DNA from: Camelus ferus
Taxonomy: Eukaryota
DNA: 64,000 bases
NCBI RefSeq assembly: GCF_009834535.1
Contig: NC_045696.1
Span: 68,946,001-69,010,000 of the forward strand
Direction of reading: 5' to 3'
Shown: positions 40,071 through 53,308 of the stretch, piece after piece
Layout: every line of letters begins with the position of its first letter
How positions within the stretch are numbered: position 1 is the stretch's first letter
Program-made: the position numbers and the translations under genes
Notes under the pieces: generated by a model
The model's database searches: none
The model's input: the letters and a program-made list of their open reading frames with translations, nothing else
What the model was told of the DNA's origin: nothing

Positions 40071-42739
40071 TTATTTTGAAGAATTAATGAACAAATCCCC
40101 CTACTGCCTCTTCAACCCAAGAGCCAACTCCAACCCAGAAATTATCTTGGGACATGGGGAGAACAGGCTAAAGGTATCCCATTTATCACTGAGGGAGACA
40201 AAATACTATTACCCACATGCCATGCCTTCCACCTTCCTGATTCTCCTCATCCTCTGAGGGACAGACAGCTCAAGGCCTACCTGCCCTAGACTCTTCCAGC
40301 CCACACGACTCTGTCCCTCTCCAGCCCCCAAAGGGGTTCTCTGAACTAAAGGATTCACAGGTCACACCTCGGCTACTGAGTGAGCTTGGAACTTTTGAGA
40401 AAGGAGATGTATCTACTCCTTCTCCCTTGTTACATCTGGTGGGACAATAAAGGTTTTCTTTGAAGATTTCTGGGCTACTGATTCTCTGAATGAGAAGGAG
40501 GACAAATACTAGAACCGAGACCCAGAAGGTGCCTTCAGCAGCAGACCCACTTGTCCCCAGTTAATTGTAAGCTGGAGAACACCACGAGACAGGTGGAAGG
40601 AAGAGGATTCAGCAAAAGTATAACCTTTGAAAGATGAATAGAGAGTGAACAAGCACCTTAGCAAGTGAGACCTTCTCAACCTGTCCCTGCAGTCACCGTT
40701 GTGAGGGCTGAGCGGGCCTACATTCATGTTCAAGCACTTCAACTTCCTTGCTGTCTGATTTTGAACAAGTCACTGAACTTCCTTCAGGCTTTGTTTCCTC
40801 TTCTATTAAATGGGGGTGATAATAGTAGTGCTACCATAGAGAGGTTATGAGAATTACATTTGGTGATGCAAGTAATGGTTCCAGTTTCATCTTCCATCAC
40901 TTCCTGACTTATGTGTTCCCCTCCAGGAATGTCAACCTGCCATGCAGTTCCCCTACCTATGCAAAGAGCCATTTTTCACCCCACACCTCCACTCTTGCAA
41001 CCCCTTCTCCTTCACATGCCCTTCTCCCAGAGGCTAACAGCTCCTACCCTCTAAGACCCAACTTAAGCATCACCTCCTCCAGAAAGCCCTCCCAGACGCG
41101 TACATTCTTCCCAACCTCGGTGCACACCCAAATCATAATATTCATCACACAATATTATTAATATCCGCATGTCCACCTCCAACTAAGCTCTTAAAGGAAG
41201 AGAGCTGTGGGAATATTGGGGTCTATGTTCTAAAAATGAGCATTGTGCATGGGCTACAGCAGGCACCAAATGTTTGTTGAATGAATAAATGGACAAAGCA
41301 AGGACTCTGAGAAAAGAGGAAGAGGGTGATACAGAAAATTTGTATGTCTCTAACTTCCAAGGCTCTGCTAGTTACACCGAATACATGTGTCTATATCTAC
41401 AATGTGTGTTCTTTAGGTAGATAATTCCCAAAGCTGAGCACACGATAGGCACTCAGTGAATATTTGGTGAACAAACACATGCTGAACACATTTCACAAAA
41501 GAAGAAATTCAAGTGCCTAAAAGCACAGCTGCAAGATAAGCCCTGAACAATGCCAATACTGAGTTCCATTTGCCAGCTAAAGGCATTTGAGGTGGCCGAG
41601 CAATGGCACCCATCAGTCTGTGGTCATGCTCACTACCAGTGTGTTTATTCCACTCATAACCAGATAATGAGTCAGGTGGATATCATAGCTTTAAAAGTCA
41701 GGAAAAAAAAAAAAAAAAAAGGCAAACCAGGCTTGATGAAAACAACTCTTACCAAAAAAGGGAAGAAGCAAATGTGTGCTGGATCCAAATGTCAAGCTAT
41801 TCAGGCGTGGCTGTCCCATGAGTTCTTTCATTCACATATTCCTAGGGGAATGATAGAAAGCTTTCATCAGTCCCATAGGGAGAAATTCAGCCAAGACCGC
41901 AGTAAAATGCAAGGATGAAGCACTTCTCAGCCCCAAAGGACAGGGAATGATTAGCAGTGGAAAAATCTGTAACATAATGATGTAGGGCAAGAGCTACACC
42001 CAACACCAGCATCACTACTTGGCAGCAGGGAATCTTCGGGTGGTTCTCTACCCATCTCTGAAGCTCAGCTTTCTCATCTGCAAAATGGAACTGATGACAC
42101 CAAGACACCAAGGCCACGAGGACTGAATAAGAGAACACATGTATTGTCTCATCAGGGCCAGGAGCACAGCCAAAGCCCAGAAGAGGGCAAACTTGCCATG
42201 TTTCCCTCACTAAGACTTGGCCAAGACTTAAGTCCAAGAGATCCTTTCTCATCCACAGGAAAGAAAGAGACAAGCATTAAACATGGTGGGTGCTGTCAAC
42301 TCTAGCTCAGAGGACCTTTGAGAGGCTGCAAAGGATAGAGTGCTCCTAAAATTAAAGCTGAGTGACGTCTCAGGCCTGTGCTAGGGAAACCAGGAGACGG
42401 ATGCAAATTTAGAAAGACTATAATAAAAAAAAATGTACAATCATCCTCCTGGGACATGTAGTTCTTTTCTGGTTGCCAGATTTCCTGGTCATCTAAAGTG
42501 TATGTGATATATTTATTCCTGTGGAAATAATTTATGAATATAAAGTCAAGCAGAGCTGTAGCCAAGGACAGAGCAGGAGGAGGGTTGCCAAGATCCCAGG
42601 GAAACAATGGTCTAAGCCTCCTTTGAAGGCCTCCATTTTAGTCCACCTCTTTAGGGCAGGTGAAAACAGCTCCAGTCGTGTCATCCATAACTTGTCCCAC
42701 AGCCTCAGTCCCACTTTGCAGCTTTCTGCTTCTGGCCCG

Positions 42740-43200
42740 ACAGTCATAGACTCTCAGAGTTGGAGGGGGCCTTACCAGGCATTTAGGCCAACCTCTCTGC
42801 AGAGCAGAAATCCTCTGACGGCAAAAAAGCTCACTTGGGACTTTTGCTTACATACACCATGGCCGGGAGTTCACTGCCTTGTGACCTAGCCTGCTCCACG
42901 GTTGGGCAGTTCTGCTGAGTAAGTTCTTCCTTATCTGCCATTCTACAGCTCTGTATTGGTTTTCCCCTTCCCAAATGCCACTCGGTGTAACTCTAATCAT
43001 TCTCCCACAGGAAAAAAAGTGCCTCTTGTTTCATTCCTGCAGGCTGGAACGCCCCAGTTTCCATTTATTCCACCTCCTCGGTGGTGTCCTAACCCTCTGT
43101 CTTCCAAGCAGCCCCGTCTGGGGTGTGCTTCCTTGTATCATGATCTGTAGGACCCAGGGAAACACAGCACAGCCAGACAGAGGAGAGCTGGCACATTGCC
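42740..43200 (-). mobile_element. L3/CR1 3' relic
   Basis: gtcatagactctcagagttggagggggcctta...ggccaacc...gggagttcactgcc...ttgggcagttctgctgagtaagttcttcctt. Confidence 0.65.
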
Positions 43201-43625
43201 TCCTCCAGAGCCTGCCGTCAATTCCTCCTCTTCTTCACATCTCTCTCCTCCCTCCCCATCACTCAAGTTCCAGTCCTCCCACCAGATCCCACTGACCTGG
43301 GAAGAGAAACAAATTAGGAAGAGCCAGGGACAGTGCAAGGAGGAGGAGAAGGTGATGACACAGCCCAATTTCTTGCACATGCAGCCTAGGGCCCCCAACC
43401 AGGCAGGCTCTCTCCAAAAATAATCTTCCATCCAGTGTGCCTCTTAGTAGCTTCCTGGGAGCCCTGCATTCCAGCTTTCTGGGGTGTGGTTCTCAGTGTC
43501 TCTGCATCCATTTTCTCACCACCCTTTCCAGAGCTTGATGGACTGACTTCATTTAACCAGGACATTTGCAACCATCATTTCACAGGTCCAAGATCAAAAT
43601 ACACTTAGAAATATATATTTATGGT

Positions 43626-43752
43626 GAGGGAGGGTATAGCTCAGTGGTAGAGTGCATGCTTAGCATGCATGAGGTCCTGGGTTCAATCCCCAGAACCTCC
43701 ATTAAATAAATAAATAAATAAATAACCTAATTACCTCCCCCCCTCAAAAAAT
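43626..43752 (+). mobile_element. Vic-1-type SINE (extended tail)
   Basis: gggagggtatagctcagtggtagagtgcatgcttagcatgcatgaggtcctgggttcaatccccagaacctcca, then (TAAA)n, acctaattacctccccc and an A tail. Confidence 0.93.
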
Positions 43753-43754
43753 AT

Positions 43755-44140
43755 ATTTTTTAATGGAAATAAATAAATATCCATCAACAGAAGGCTGCTT
43801 AAGTAAACACATCCATGATACAGGATGTGACTATGCAAAAATCATCTGTATATACTGATATGGAAAGACATCCAGTGCATATAGTAAAGTGAAAAGGACA
43901 AGTTTGCAAAGATGCAGTTATACTGTAACCCATTTGCTGGGTTTTTAAAATGCATCTGCATGTAACCATGAATACATATGTAAATGCATCCAAAAGGGGC
44001 TGAAGGACCCACAACAAACTGCAAACAGCAGTCACTCTGCAGAGAAGTGACTGGGGGAAAAGACAAACGATGTGGGGCTAATTTTTTCCCCTATTTAAAC
44101 ATTGGAAAAGAAAACAGATTACATTTATTATTTGTGTGAA
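43755..44140 (+). mobile_element. Ancient L1ME-like 3' fragment
   Basis: aaatatccatcaacagaagg...tatatactgatatggaaagacatcc...agtaaagtgaaaagg...aacccattt. Similar plus-strand fragments lie at ~45120-45320 and ~46480-46730. Confidence 0.6.
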
Positions 44141-46760
44141 GAAGCCCCCTAACCTAATGTATAGTTCCCCCCTCTTACACTTTTTCCCCATCTGATGATC
44201 TCCAGAGCTGGAAGAGGCCTGGAGCTGCGAGTTGAGTCCCTGCGGTGGCACGCCCAGGGTGGCATGTGTCTTGCCCAAGGCCACACAGCTGGAGACCACA
44301 AGTCACAGTGCAGGCCCAGACATAATGGGAGTCCCAGTGGATTAAAGAGAGGACTTAAATTTAATTATTAAATCAAATCAATTTTTGCCTTTTAGTTGAG
44401 TCAAAAATTCCTTCTCAGTGCAACAGCAAGTGAGTAGACCAAGACTCATCAAAATTGGAGGGCAAAGGGGAGCCCGTGTCTTCCCTTGGAGGAAAGAGGC
44501 ATCAGACAAGGTCTGTTTCTCAGGCGCGGCTGGCAGGGCCCTCCCTTCTCTGGGTTTCCTTGCCCTCACCCGTGAATCAGAGGGAAGTGGTTAAGTGAAA
44601 GAGAATGGGAGAGATTCACAAGCATGGGGTATCCTGGGTGCCCGGTGCTCATCTAAGCAATGACCACATCTTCGAATGAGACAGGCGGCAACACGACTTG
44701 AATGCATCCTGGTCCGGTCAGGCCTTCAGTCTCTGACCTTCATTCCGCTGACCTTCATTCCAAATGGACACTCTGCCTCGCAGGGAGGGAAGGCTGGGTT
44801 CAAGTCTGATTCAGATCCAACTAACGCTGAGATGCTTGGGCTGTCACACAGATTACCTCATTCACTACTCACCAAATTTTTATAAATGTGTTCAAAGAAC
44901 TCTAGAAGTCACTTGCCAAAAGTATACAACTGGTAAAGGGCGGGGCTCTCATGCAAAATCAGGTCTCTTGACTCCAAATTCAGTGCTGCTTTTACCCATT
45001 TCTTCAGGACATGGGATAAAGCTGGTTCTCTCTCAATCTCACACAAACGCACACACGGTTCCATAACAGTGACAGCAGACAGGCTCCAAGAACAGCACGA
45101 CTCAACGCCTCAAATATGCATCAAGCGATTCAGTGAAATATTTAGGGCTGTGCTGAAAAGATGTCTGGGATATACTTCGAAGTCATGTGGGGTGAAGTGT
45201 GGGGTTATAGATCAGCTATGAGTTCTGATAACTGTTGAAGGTAAGTGATTGTAAATGGGGGGAAGAGGGTATTTACACCATTTTTTCTACTTTTGTGTGT
45301 TTGAAATTTTCCACAATTTAAGACTTTAATAACGCATCAGTGCAAGTGATCATTTCTCTCTCCATTTGTCACCTGGTAAGAGGTGCCATTTTAATTAACT
45401 TCCTGCCTGCTCTCATGGTAAGAAAAAATATTAGGATTCAAAGTTACTGCAGCTTGTGAAAATCCCAATTATAAGAGCTATCACTCACAGAATGTTTCCT
45501 GTGTATCTGGCTCTGTACTGGACCCTTTACCTATGACTTCATTTAATCCTTACCATGGTCCAGTGAAGTAAGGGCTGTTATGCCCATTTTACAGAGAAGG
45601 AAATTGAAGCTCCATGAGCTTAAGTAGCTTGTCCAAGTCTATACTGGCAATAATTGGTGAACAAGCATTCAAATCCTGAATTTGACTTGTGCTTTTAATT
45701 TCTGCTGTTTCCCTCAATACATAATACTAGGTACTTTAAGACTTCACATTGGGCCTAAATCTACAAAGGTTTTAAAAAGATTATATCCTTTACAGTATGA
45801 ACCAGTAATTCCAACTTTAGGATTGTTATCTTATGGGAATTATCTGGAATATGGAAAGAGATTTATTCACAAACATTGTTAATCATGGTGTCAATTAAAA
45901 TAGGGGAAAAGTAGAAGTGGTTTGACTAGCCCACAGTGACCCTCGTCCAGGAAGCCTTCCCCACTGCTCCAGTTCGGGCCCCCCTCCACTTCCCTGCCAA
46001 GTTCCCACAACACCCTGCACTAGTCTCTTGTTACCCTCTCTCCTCCACTGAACTATGAGCTTCTGAAAAGCTGAGCTCTTCTTATACAGCTTTGGTTTAG
46101 AGCGGGCACTTGAGTATGTGAGGAATGAATTAGTAAATGACCCTGAAGTTGCTTATTTTAACACATATGTAAACTAAAAACCAGAATGTTGAAAGTAAAT
46201 TGTTGGAAGTCACAGGGGCAGGACTAGGACCTAAGGCCCCAGGCAGGGCCCTTCTCTCCCCATTAGGCTTTAGGCTTCTTCTAACATGAAAAATAAAAAT
46301 GTAAAAAAAAAAAAAAAAGGCTGGCATATGGATACATGAGGCAGGGAAGGGAAGCTGGAGGCACCTTTCTCTGCAGGCCTTCACTGAAACAATCACTGGA
46401 GTGATCAGATCCCACGGGATCACGTGACCTTGGAGATGCTGATATCGTGATGAATGAAAAGGCACAGCTTAATGTGAATGTAAACTGTGATATGTGTATA
46501 TGACAAGGTTAAGCAAGAAAGCCAAGAGTTGCTGCAAACACAGTATGTTCTCTACCATTTAGAGAAAACAAATCGACTTAAAAAAAAAGTCAAGAAGGAA
46601 AGTTGCCAAATGTTAACAGTGGTGCCTTTGAATAATGGAATTTTTTTCTATTTCTCTATACTTTTTTTTACTTTCCAAATTGTCCTCAATGGGCATGCTG
46701 TATTTTTATAATCACAATGATAAATAAAATTTAAGTCACCAAATTGATTCTAAAGGCTTA

Positions 46761-48570
46761 GGATTTTCCAGTCAAGATGGTAGAGTGGTAGGACCACGAG
46801 CTTGCCTCTCCACGTGACTACAACAAACCCACAAATGAATGCCAAACAATCACTTTAAAAAAAGACTAGAACCTAGCAAAAAAGAGCTTCTGCAACTGGA
46901 AACATAGAGAGGGAACCACAGCAGGACCATAGGAGGGGCGTGCTCGCAATATAATTGGGCCCCATACCCCAGCTGAAGATTTGTTAAGTTGCAGAGGCTC
47001 TCCCAGAAGTGAGAGCTCTAAGCCCCACGTCAGGCTCCCCAGCTCGGGTCCCAGCACTGGGAAAAGGAGACCCCAGGACATCTGGTTTTGAAGGCCGGGG
47101 GTGCTTGGCTCCAGGAGCCCCACGGGACTGGGGGAAATGGAGACTCCGCTCACTTGGGAAGCATACATGGAAACACAGATGCACCAGGTCCAAGGGCAGA
47201 GGCAGTGATTTCATAGGAACCTGGGCCAGACCTGCCTGCTGGATTTGGAGGGTCTCCTGGGGACCTGGGGGATGGCTGCGGCTCACCAGGGGACACAAAA
47301 GCTGGTGACGGACTTTCCGGGAGTGTTCATCTATATGAGCTTTCCTGGAGGCTGACATCTTGATTGGATCATTAGCACCAAGACCCAGCCCCACCCAACA
47401 GCCTGTAGGGAAGCCTCAGGCCAAACAACATACAGGTGGGAACACAGCCACACCCATCAGCGGACTTCCTAAGCCGCAAAGGCCTCTAGACACAGCCCTA
47501 CCCACCTACCCCTTGGTCCAGGACCAAGCTTCACCCAGCAGTGGGCAGGCACTGGCTTCTCCTGCCAGGAAACCTGCATAAGCCTCTAATCCAGCCTCAT
47601 CCATCAGGGCTGATACTAGAAATAAGAAACAATCCCAAAGCCTGTGGAAGGAATCCACAAACACACAGAAAGATAGACAATATGAGGTGGCAGAGGAGTA
47701 TCTCCCAGGCCAAGGCACAAGATAAAATCCCAGAAGACGTAACTGATGAGGAGATAGGCAATTTATCTGAGAAAAAGTTTAAAGTAATGATGGCAAAGAT
47801 GTTCAGAGAACTCAAGAGGAGTACAGATGCACAGAGTGAAGTTTTTAGCAAAGAGTTGGAAAATATAAATAGACTAAATGAGGCAGAAGAATGGATCAAT
47901 GAACTAAAAGACAGATTAGTGGAAATCACTACTGCAGAACAGAAAAAAGAAAAAAGAATGAAAAGAAATGAGGATAGTTTAAGAGAACTCTGTGACAACA
48001 AGAAGTGTACTAATATTCACATTATAGGGGTCCCAGAAAAAGAAGAGAGAGAGAAAGGACCTGAAAAATTTTTTGGAGAGTTAATTACTGAAAACTTCCC
48101 CAACTTGCAGAAGGAAACAGTCACCCAAATCCAGGAAACACAGAGAGTACCACACAGAATCAACCCAAAGAGGAACACACCAAGGCACGTAGTCATCAAA
48201 TTGACAAAAATTAAGGATAAGGAGAAAATATTAAAATTAGCAAGAGAAAAGCAACAAATAACATACAAGGGAACTCCCATAAAGTTATCAGCTGATTTTT
48301 CAGCAGAAACTCTACAGGCCAGAAGGAAGTGGCACGATAGATTTAAAGTAATGAAAGGAGGAAACTTATAACCAAGAATACTCTATCCAGCAAGGCTCTC
48401 ATTCAGACTTGATGGAGAAATCAAAAGCTCCACAGATAAACAAAAGCTAAAAGAATTCAGCACCACCAAATCAGCTTTATAACAAATGTTAAAGAACTTC
48501 TCTAGTCATTAAATCATAAGAAAAGAGAACAAAAAGAAGAAAGAGGAAAAAAAAAAAAAAGACCTATAAA
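46761..48570 (+). mobile_element. LINE-1 5' part: 5'UTR, ORF1 and A-rich inter-ORF linker (Laurasiatherian/cetartiodactyl type)
   Basis: Starts with the L1-like tcaagatggtagag motif and a GC-richer 5'UTR. ORF1 homology follows (IHIIGVPEKEEREKG, ENFPNL, RVPHRINPKRNTPRHVVIKL, ITYKGTPIKLSADFSAETLQARRKW), then an A-rich spacer. Confidence 0.93.
47682..48504 (+). pseudogene. Decayed L1 ORF1p (RNA-binding/chaperone protein)
   Basis: ATG at 47682 (MRWQRSISQ...). Frame is open to a premature TAA at 48369-48371. Homology resumes (PRILYPARLSFRLDGEIKS...KQKLKEFSTTK) until a second TAA near 48480. Confidence 0.9.
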
Positions 48571-48852
48571 AGATTGCTTTGGCTGTCCAGGGTCTTTTGT
48601 GGTTCCTTATAAATTTTGGAATTGTTTGTTCTAGTTCTGTGAGGAATGTCGTGAGTATTTTGACGGGGGTTGCGCTGGATCTGTGGATTGCTTTGGGTAG
48701 CATGGCCATTCTGATAGTGTTGATTCTTCCAAACCAAGAGCACAAGAAATCCTTCCATTTCTTTGTGTCATTTCAGTTTTCGGAGTATAGGTAACTTCCT
48801 TGGTTAGGTTTATTTCTAGGTATTTTGTTGTTTTTGATGTAATGGAAATGTT
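48570..48852 (-). mobile_element. Inverted L1 ORF2 fragment (C-terminal to the RT core)
   Basis: Minus-strand translations KYLEINLTKEV and CSWFGRINTIRMAMLPKAIHRSSATPVKIL...ELEQTIPKFIRNHKRPWTAKAI match L1 ORF2. Confidence 0.9.
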
Positions 48853-48904
48853 CATGCCAGTTATAAAATTCTGGTTTTTGAAGTGAAAAAAAAAGTGAAT
48901 TAAA

Positions 48905-49072
48905 GGCTGCAAATGGCAAAATCTCCTTCTTTCTTATGCCATTGCATATATGTATGCTGCATCTTCATTATCTATTCAACTATTGATGTGCACTTAGGAT
49001 GCTTCCATATCTTGGCAATTATAAATAATGTTGCTGTTAATAGCAGAGTGTATATATCTTTTTGAATTAATT
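48905..49072 (-). mobile_element. L1 ORF2 3'-end fragment
   Basis: gcaaatggcaaaatctccttc...cacttaggatgcttccatatcttggcaattataaataatgttgctg...tatatctttttgaatta matches the antisense of the L1 ORF2 end. Confidence 0.8.
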
Positions 49073-49189
49073 CTTATTTTGTGGTTGGCTTTATTTGTTT
49101 GATAACTATGTAAGTTTAAAAGCTGAAGCTCTAAATGTTCTTAGAAACAATGAACAGTACATATATGTAATTTAAAAATACATAAAAAA

Positions 49190-49740
49190 AAAAGAGCTAT
49201 CAAGCCATGAAAGGCATGGAAGAAACTTAAAAGACATATTACTAAATGAAAGAAGCCAGTCTGAAAAGGCAACAAACTGTACAATTCCAACCAAATGACA
49301 TTCTGGAAAAGGCACAGCTACAGAGACGGTAAAAAGATTGTGGTTTCCAGCGGTTTGGGGAGAGGGAAGGAGGGAGGGAGGAATGAACAGATGGAGCACA
49401 AGGGATTTTTAGGGCAATGTAAATTATTCTGTAGTGGTGGCTACATGTCATTATGCATTTGTCAAAACCCATAGAATGTACAACATCAAGAGTGAACCCT
49501 AATGTAAACTGTGGACTTTGGTTGATAATAACGTGTCCATGTTGATTCATCGATTGTACGAAATATGCCACACTGATGAGGGATGTTGAAGGCAGGGGAG
49601 TATGTATGTGTGGGTGGGGAGGACTATGTGCGAACTCTCTGTATTTTCTGCTCAATTCTGCTGCGAAACTGAAACTGCTCCAAAAAAAAAAAAAAAGTCT
49701 ATTAGTAAAAAAAATAATAAAAATAAAAATAAAAAAAAGG
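49190..49740 (+). mobile_element. L1MC-like 3' end with A-rich tail
   Basis: gagctatcaagccatgaaa...gaagccagtctgaaaaggc...tttgtcaaaacccatagaatgtacaac...gaaccctaatgtaaact, then an A-rich tail. Confidence 0.85.
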
Positions 49741-52700
49741 TTAATCTGACCTTTCTAGTGTTGACTTAGAAAAATCACCCCAGTATTTCAATGTGATGAC
49801 ACTGCATTGCTTACCATGTTACTATTACATATAAAACTCTAAAAAGTACATTTGTTGGAGTCAGACTATATTCAGTATACATGCAGACACACAAGAAAAA
49901 TGTATTTTTCCCCAATTCAGTCCTAATTGAATAAATCACTGATACCAAGTCTAAGCAAATTCTCAAGACCCTAATGTTCCAGAGGATTACTGTGAATTTC
50001 AGCAGTGAATTGCTCCTGTCTTTTTTTTTAATGCAACCACGTACTCCCATTTGTAGAGCTCCACATTCTCCTTGTGGCCTTCCCTCTTTCACTCTCTCTT
50101 TTACAACCTGCTCTTGATTTGTCTCCTGAAGGGACAACCCTGTGCCCCCAGAGGTCAATATTGAGATAAATTAAATCTGTTTTCTGTGAGCTCCTGAGGG
50201 CAGTTTCTGAGGGGAGGTCCAAATGTGCTTGTTCTCAGCATGGGTAGTGGGGCAAAGAGTGAGTCTGATTCTGTGTAACTCTAGGCTGAGCACAGAAACC
50301 ACCCCCCACTGCACCCCCACCTGCACATTTGTCAGTAACTGCAGAATGAATGACTTCAGACTGCACTCGCCTGGATGTGAAATTTCTGGGTTTGTTTTTT
50401 ATTTATTTTTTACTAGATTTATTTTCCTTGGAGTCACACACACTTCACAACCACCAAAGACCTCCCGTTTCCAGTCAGGCAGACATTCACACCTCTTTGT
50501 GACGAGGATGGGTCTCTGCATTTGAGCACAGGGCTTCCCCTATGGGGTTATTCTCCCGCCATCATTCTCTACCACTAAAAACCTGGTGAGCACCCAACCC
50601 TGTCAAGAGGTCCAAACAGGCAGAAGCCTGTGTCATGTGACTTAATACCCATCTCAACCCCAGGAGATGCTTACAGGTTCCTCCCGTTATGTCAGTGTGG
50701 ATGCAGCCTGCTGGCTCTCATGGAACATAGGAGAGAGGAGAGTCAACCAAACATGCTCCTTTGCCTCTAAAGCTCGAGCAGCTCCCACTCCACCAGAACA
50801 TCGTGGGCAGAGACTGGGCAGGAGGGAAAACCCACCCCCAATAACAATAATATTCCTCACTATATCTACCACTGGGATCCACAGATTTGTTTAGTAACCA
50901 AAACTTATTTAAATCCTTAAGGAATTCATTCCCTGACTTAAAGGGCGTTGTTATAACAACCATCATAACTTTGACTTTACTCTGGGGTACCGACAAAAGA
51001 CAAAAACTCTTTTGATGCAACAGTTTCCCTTTCATGAAAAGAGAGGCACTGAAAGCAGTCACCTGGCTGTGTGTCCTTAAGCAAGTAATTTCTTTTTGAG
51101 CTTCAGTTTTTTCCATTCAGAAAATCAAAGGATCTGGCCAGATGATTTCGGAAATTCCTTACAGGACTAGCATCCTGATGAGAACTATACCCAAGCGCCA
51201 AGTGTAATTATCACAAAAACAAAACACCCTGGAAACCGTTAAGAAAAGAAACAAGTGTAACTAGGAGATAAGAGGGAGAGAGTGAAACAGCACGTTGACT
51301 TTGGGGAAACACAAGACTCAAAGTGTTTTCTTGATTTTCCAACTTTTCCTCTGCCAAATACAAAAATAAGTAGCTACTTCTGAGGCACTCTCGTTTTAAA
51401 AATTTAATTACACAAAATCAATGAAAACAATGCTTTGTTCTGCCGCAAGCGGCTCAGGAGTAGCTCCCTGGCAGACACTTTCTTCCCCTCCTGCTTAGGC
51501 TCAAACAAAGGCCTCCTGGCACCGGGATGAGACGCAGAACATTTAAGTCTCCACAGCTGGCCCCGGTCCATCTTGAGGGGACCCGGCAGCCAGGAAAGAG
51601 AAATAACGAGGATTATGAAAGGCTGGGAGAGTAAGGAATTACTAAATCTAGCTTTTCTCAAATGAATAAAGAACTCTTGAAAGGGATAATGGAAGGGTGC
51701 AGCTTTCAATCTGAATTACTTCCTTTGTTTAACTCTATTCTGCCTAAGGCCACTGCCTTTCCAGCCAACCACGGAATCCGGGTTCCGACTTTGGTTGTCG
51801 GCAGGGCTGCGTGCAGTGTGGGAGTTTGGAGACCCATATTCAATCCTCTCTCGGTTGCTGATTTCACTTGGTTTAAACTTGGACAAGTAGCTGAACTCTC
51901 TTGGCCTCCCTTTCCCTGCCTGTAAAATAAGGGGGCTCACTGGATGCTCTTGAGAGCCTCAACAACCGAGGTGCAGGGCTGGAGGACCCCCAGGGGCAGG
52001 TTAATATGCTGGCCGCAGCCCGACCTCTCCGCAAGCACACTTAGGCGGCGGTTCCTCGGCTTTCGCGCACACCACCCACTCCCACCACCTGACCGGCTTC
52101 CTTCTGCACCCACACCATCACCTAAGAGGCCAATTCATGACCCGCCCACCGCACCCCACCCCCAATCTCACTGCTGCCTGAACAGGTCTGATGAACGAAA
52201 AGCTGAGCTGAGCATACGTAAGCAAAGGAAAAGCAAAACAAACAAGAGGCCTCTCCGGACCTAGGAATTTCTCTCAAATGAACTCGGATAGAACTAAAAA
52301 TAATAGCGTCCCCACCTAGAACAAGAGGCCTAGGCTGGCCTTTTTTGTAAAAACGCACAGCAAGCCAAAAGGGGCCAATGACACCAGGGCAGGCTAGACG
52401 CGGGGACCTACAGGGCAAAAGCTCAAGCGAAACCCAAGACCGCGCTGGGCGCTGTTTAAATCAGACTGTTCTTTCTGCAGGCTGAGGAGGCGCTCGCCGT
52501 CCCCAGCAGAGGCGGTGCAGGGACAATGGTGCGCTAGGCACGGTCTTTTTTTGGAGGAGGACCCACAGACCCTTAATTCAACCTCCATCTCTAAGAAACC
52601 TCCGGGAGGTGGACGCGAGAGGTTGTCCAGGTCACATCAAATCATGCACCGAGGACACACTCTTAGCTTGAGGTAATCTTTTTGTAGCTTCCTTCTCGTT

Positions 52701-53308
52701 TCACATTTCCCTTTTTAAGTCGTGCAGTTTGGTCTGATGCCCAAGTGGTACCTTTTAAATGTCTCTGTCGTCCTCCTCCAGCAAGTGGCGCCCCCAGCAC
52801 CGCTCCCTCCCCGGCAGTTGAGACAATGGCCGGGTTCCGCAGGGCGGCTCCTAAGGGCTTGCGGTGAGCCCAGATGCCAGGGCTGGGCGCACGTGCGTTT
52901 GTTATGGTGCCTGTGCCCCCACCCCTGCCGCGGGCCTCCGTTTGTCTGTCTGAAATCCAGCAGGCAAGATCTGAAGGAACCTGGACTCTGCAAAGCACCT
53001 CCCTCCCCTGTTGACGATGGGGTGGAGAAAGTGGGGTTCCCGGGGGCCGCCAGCACGTGGGTTTGTTGTGGTTCGCAGGCTGGCTGAGCCGGAGAGAAGC
53101 CAGGGCGACCCCTCGACCCAGATTAATCCACAGATACCCTCTGTCAAAAGGTGGCGGGTCCACGCGGCTAAGGCTGCTGAGGGGTGCTTAACGCGGATTC
53201 CCTGCACCCTAGGCGCGCCCTGGGCCGCGCCGCTCCCCTCCTGCGCCCCTTCGCTCCGCTCCTCCCCGGGGCCCGCGCCGCGCCGCCGCCGGCCGCAACC
53301 CTACTCAC

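Noticed and set aside
43628..43701. Near-complete tRNA-Ala(AGC)-like cloverleaf
   Set aside because: It has a SINE tail and CpG-decay substitutions and is one of ten dispersed copies, so it is a SINE head rather than a tRNA gene.
47541..48371. Longest ORF in the track (276 aa) as a host gene
   Set aside because: It is L1 ORF1 with a non-ATG upstream extension and premature stops.
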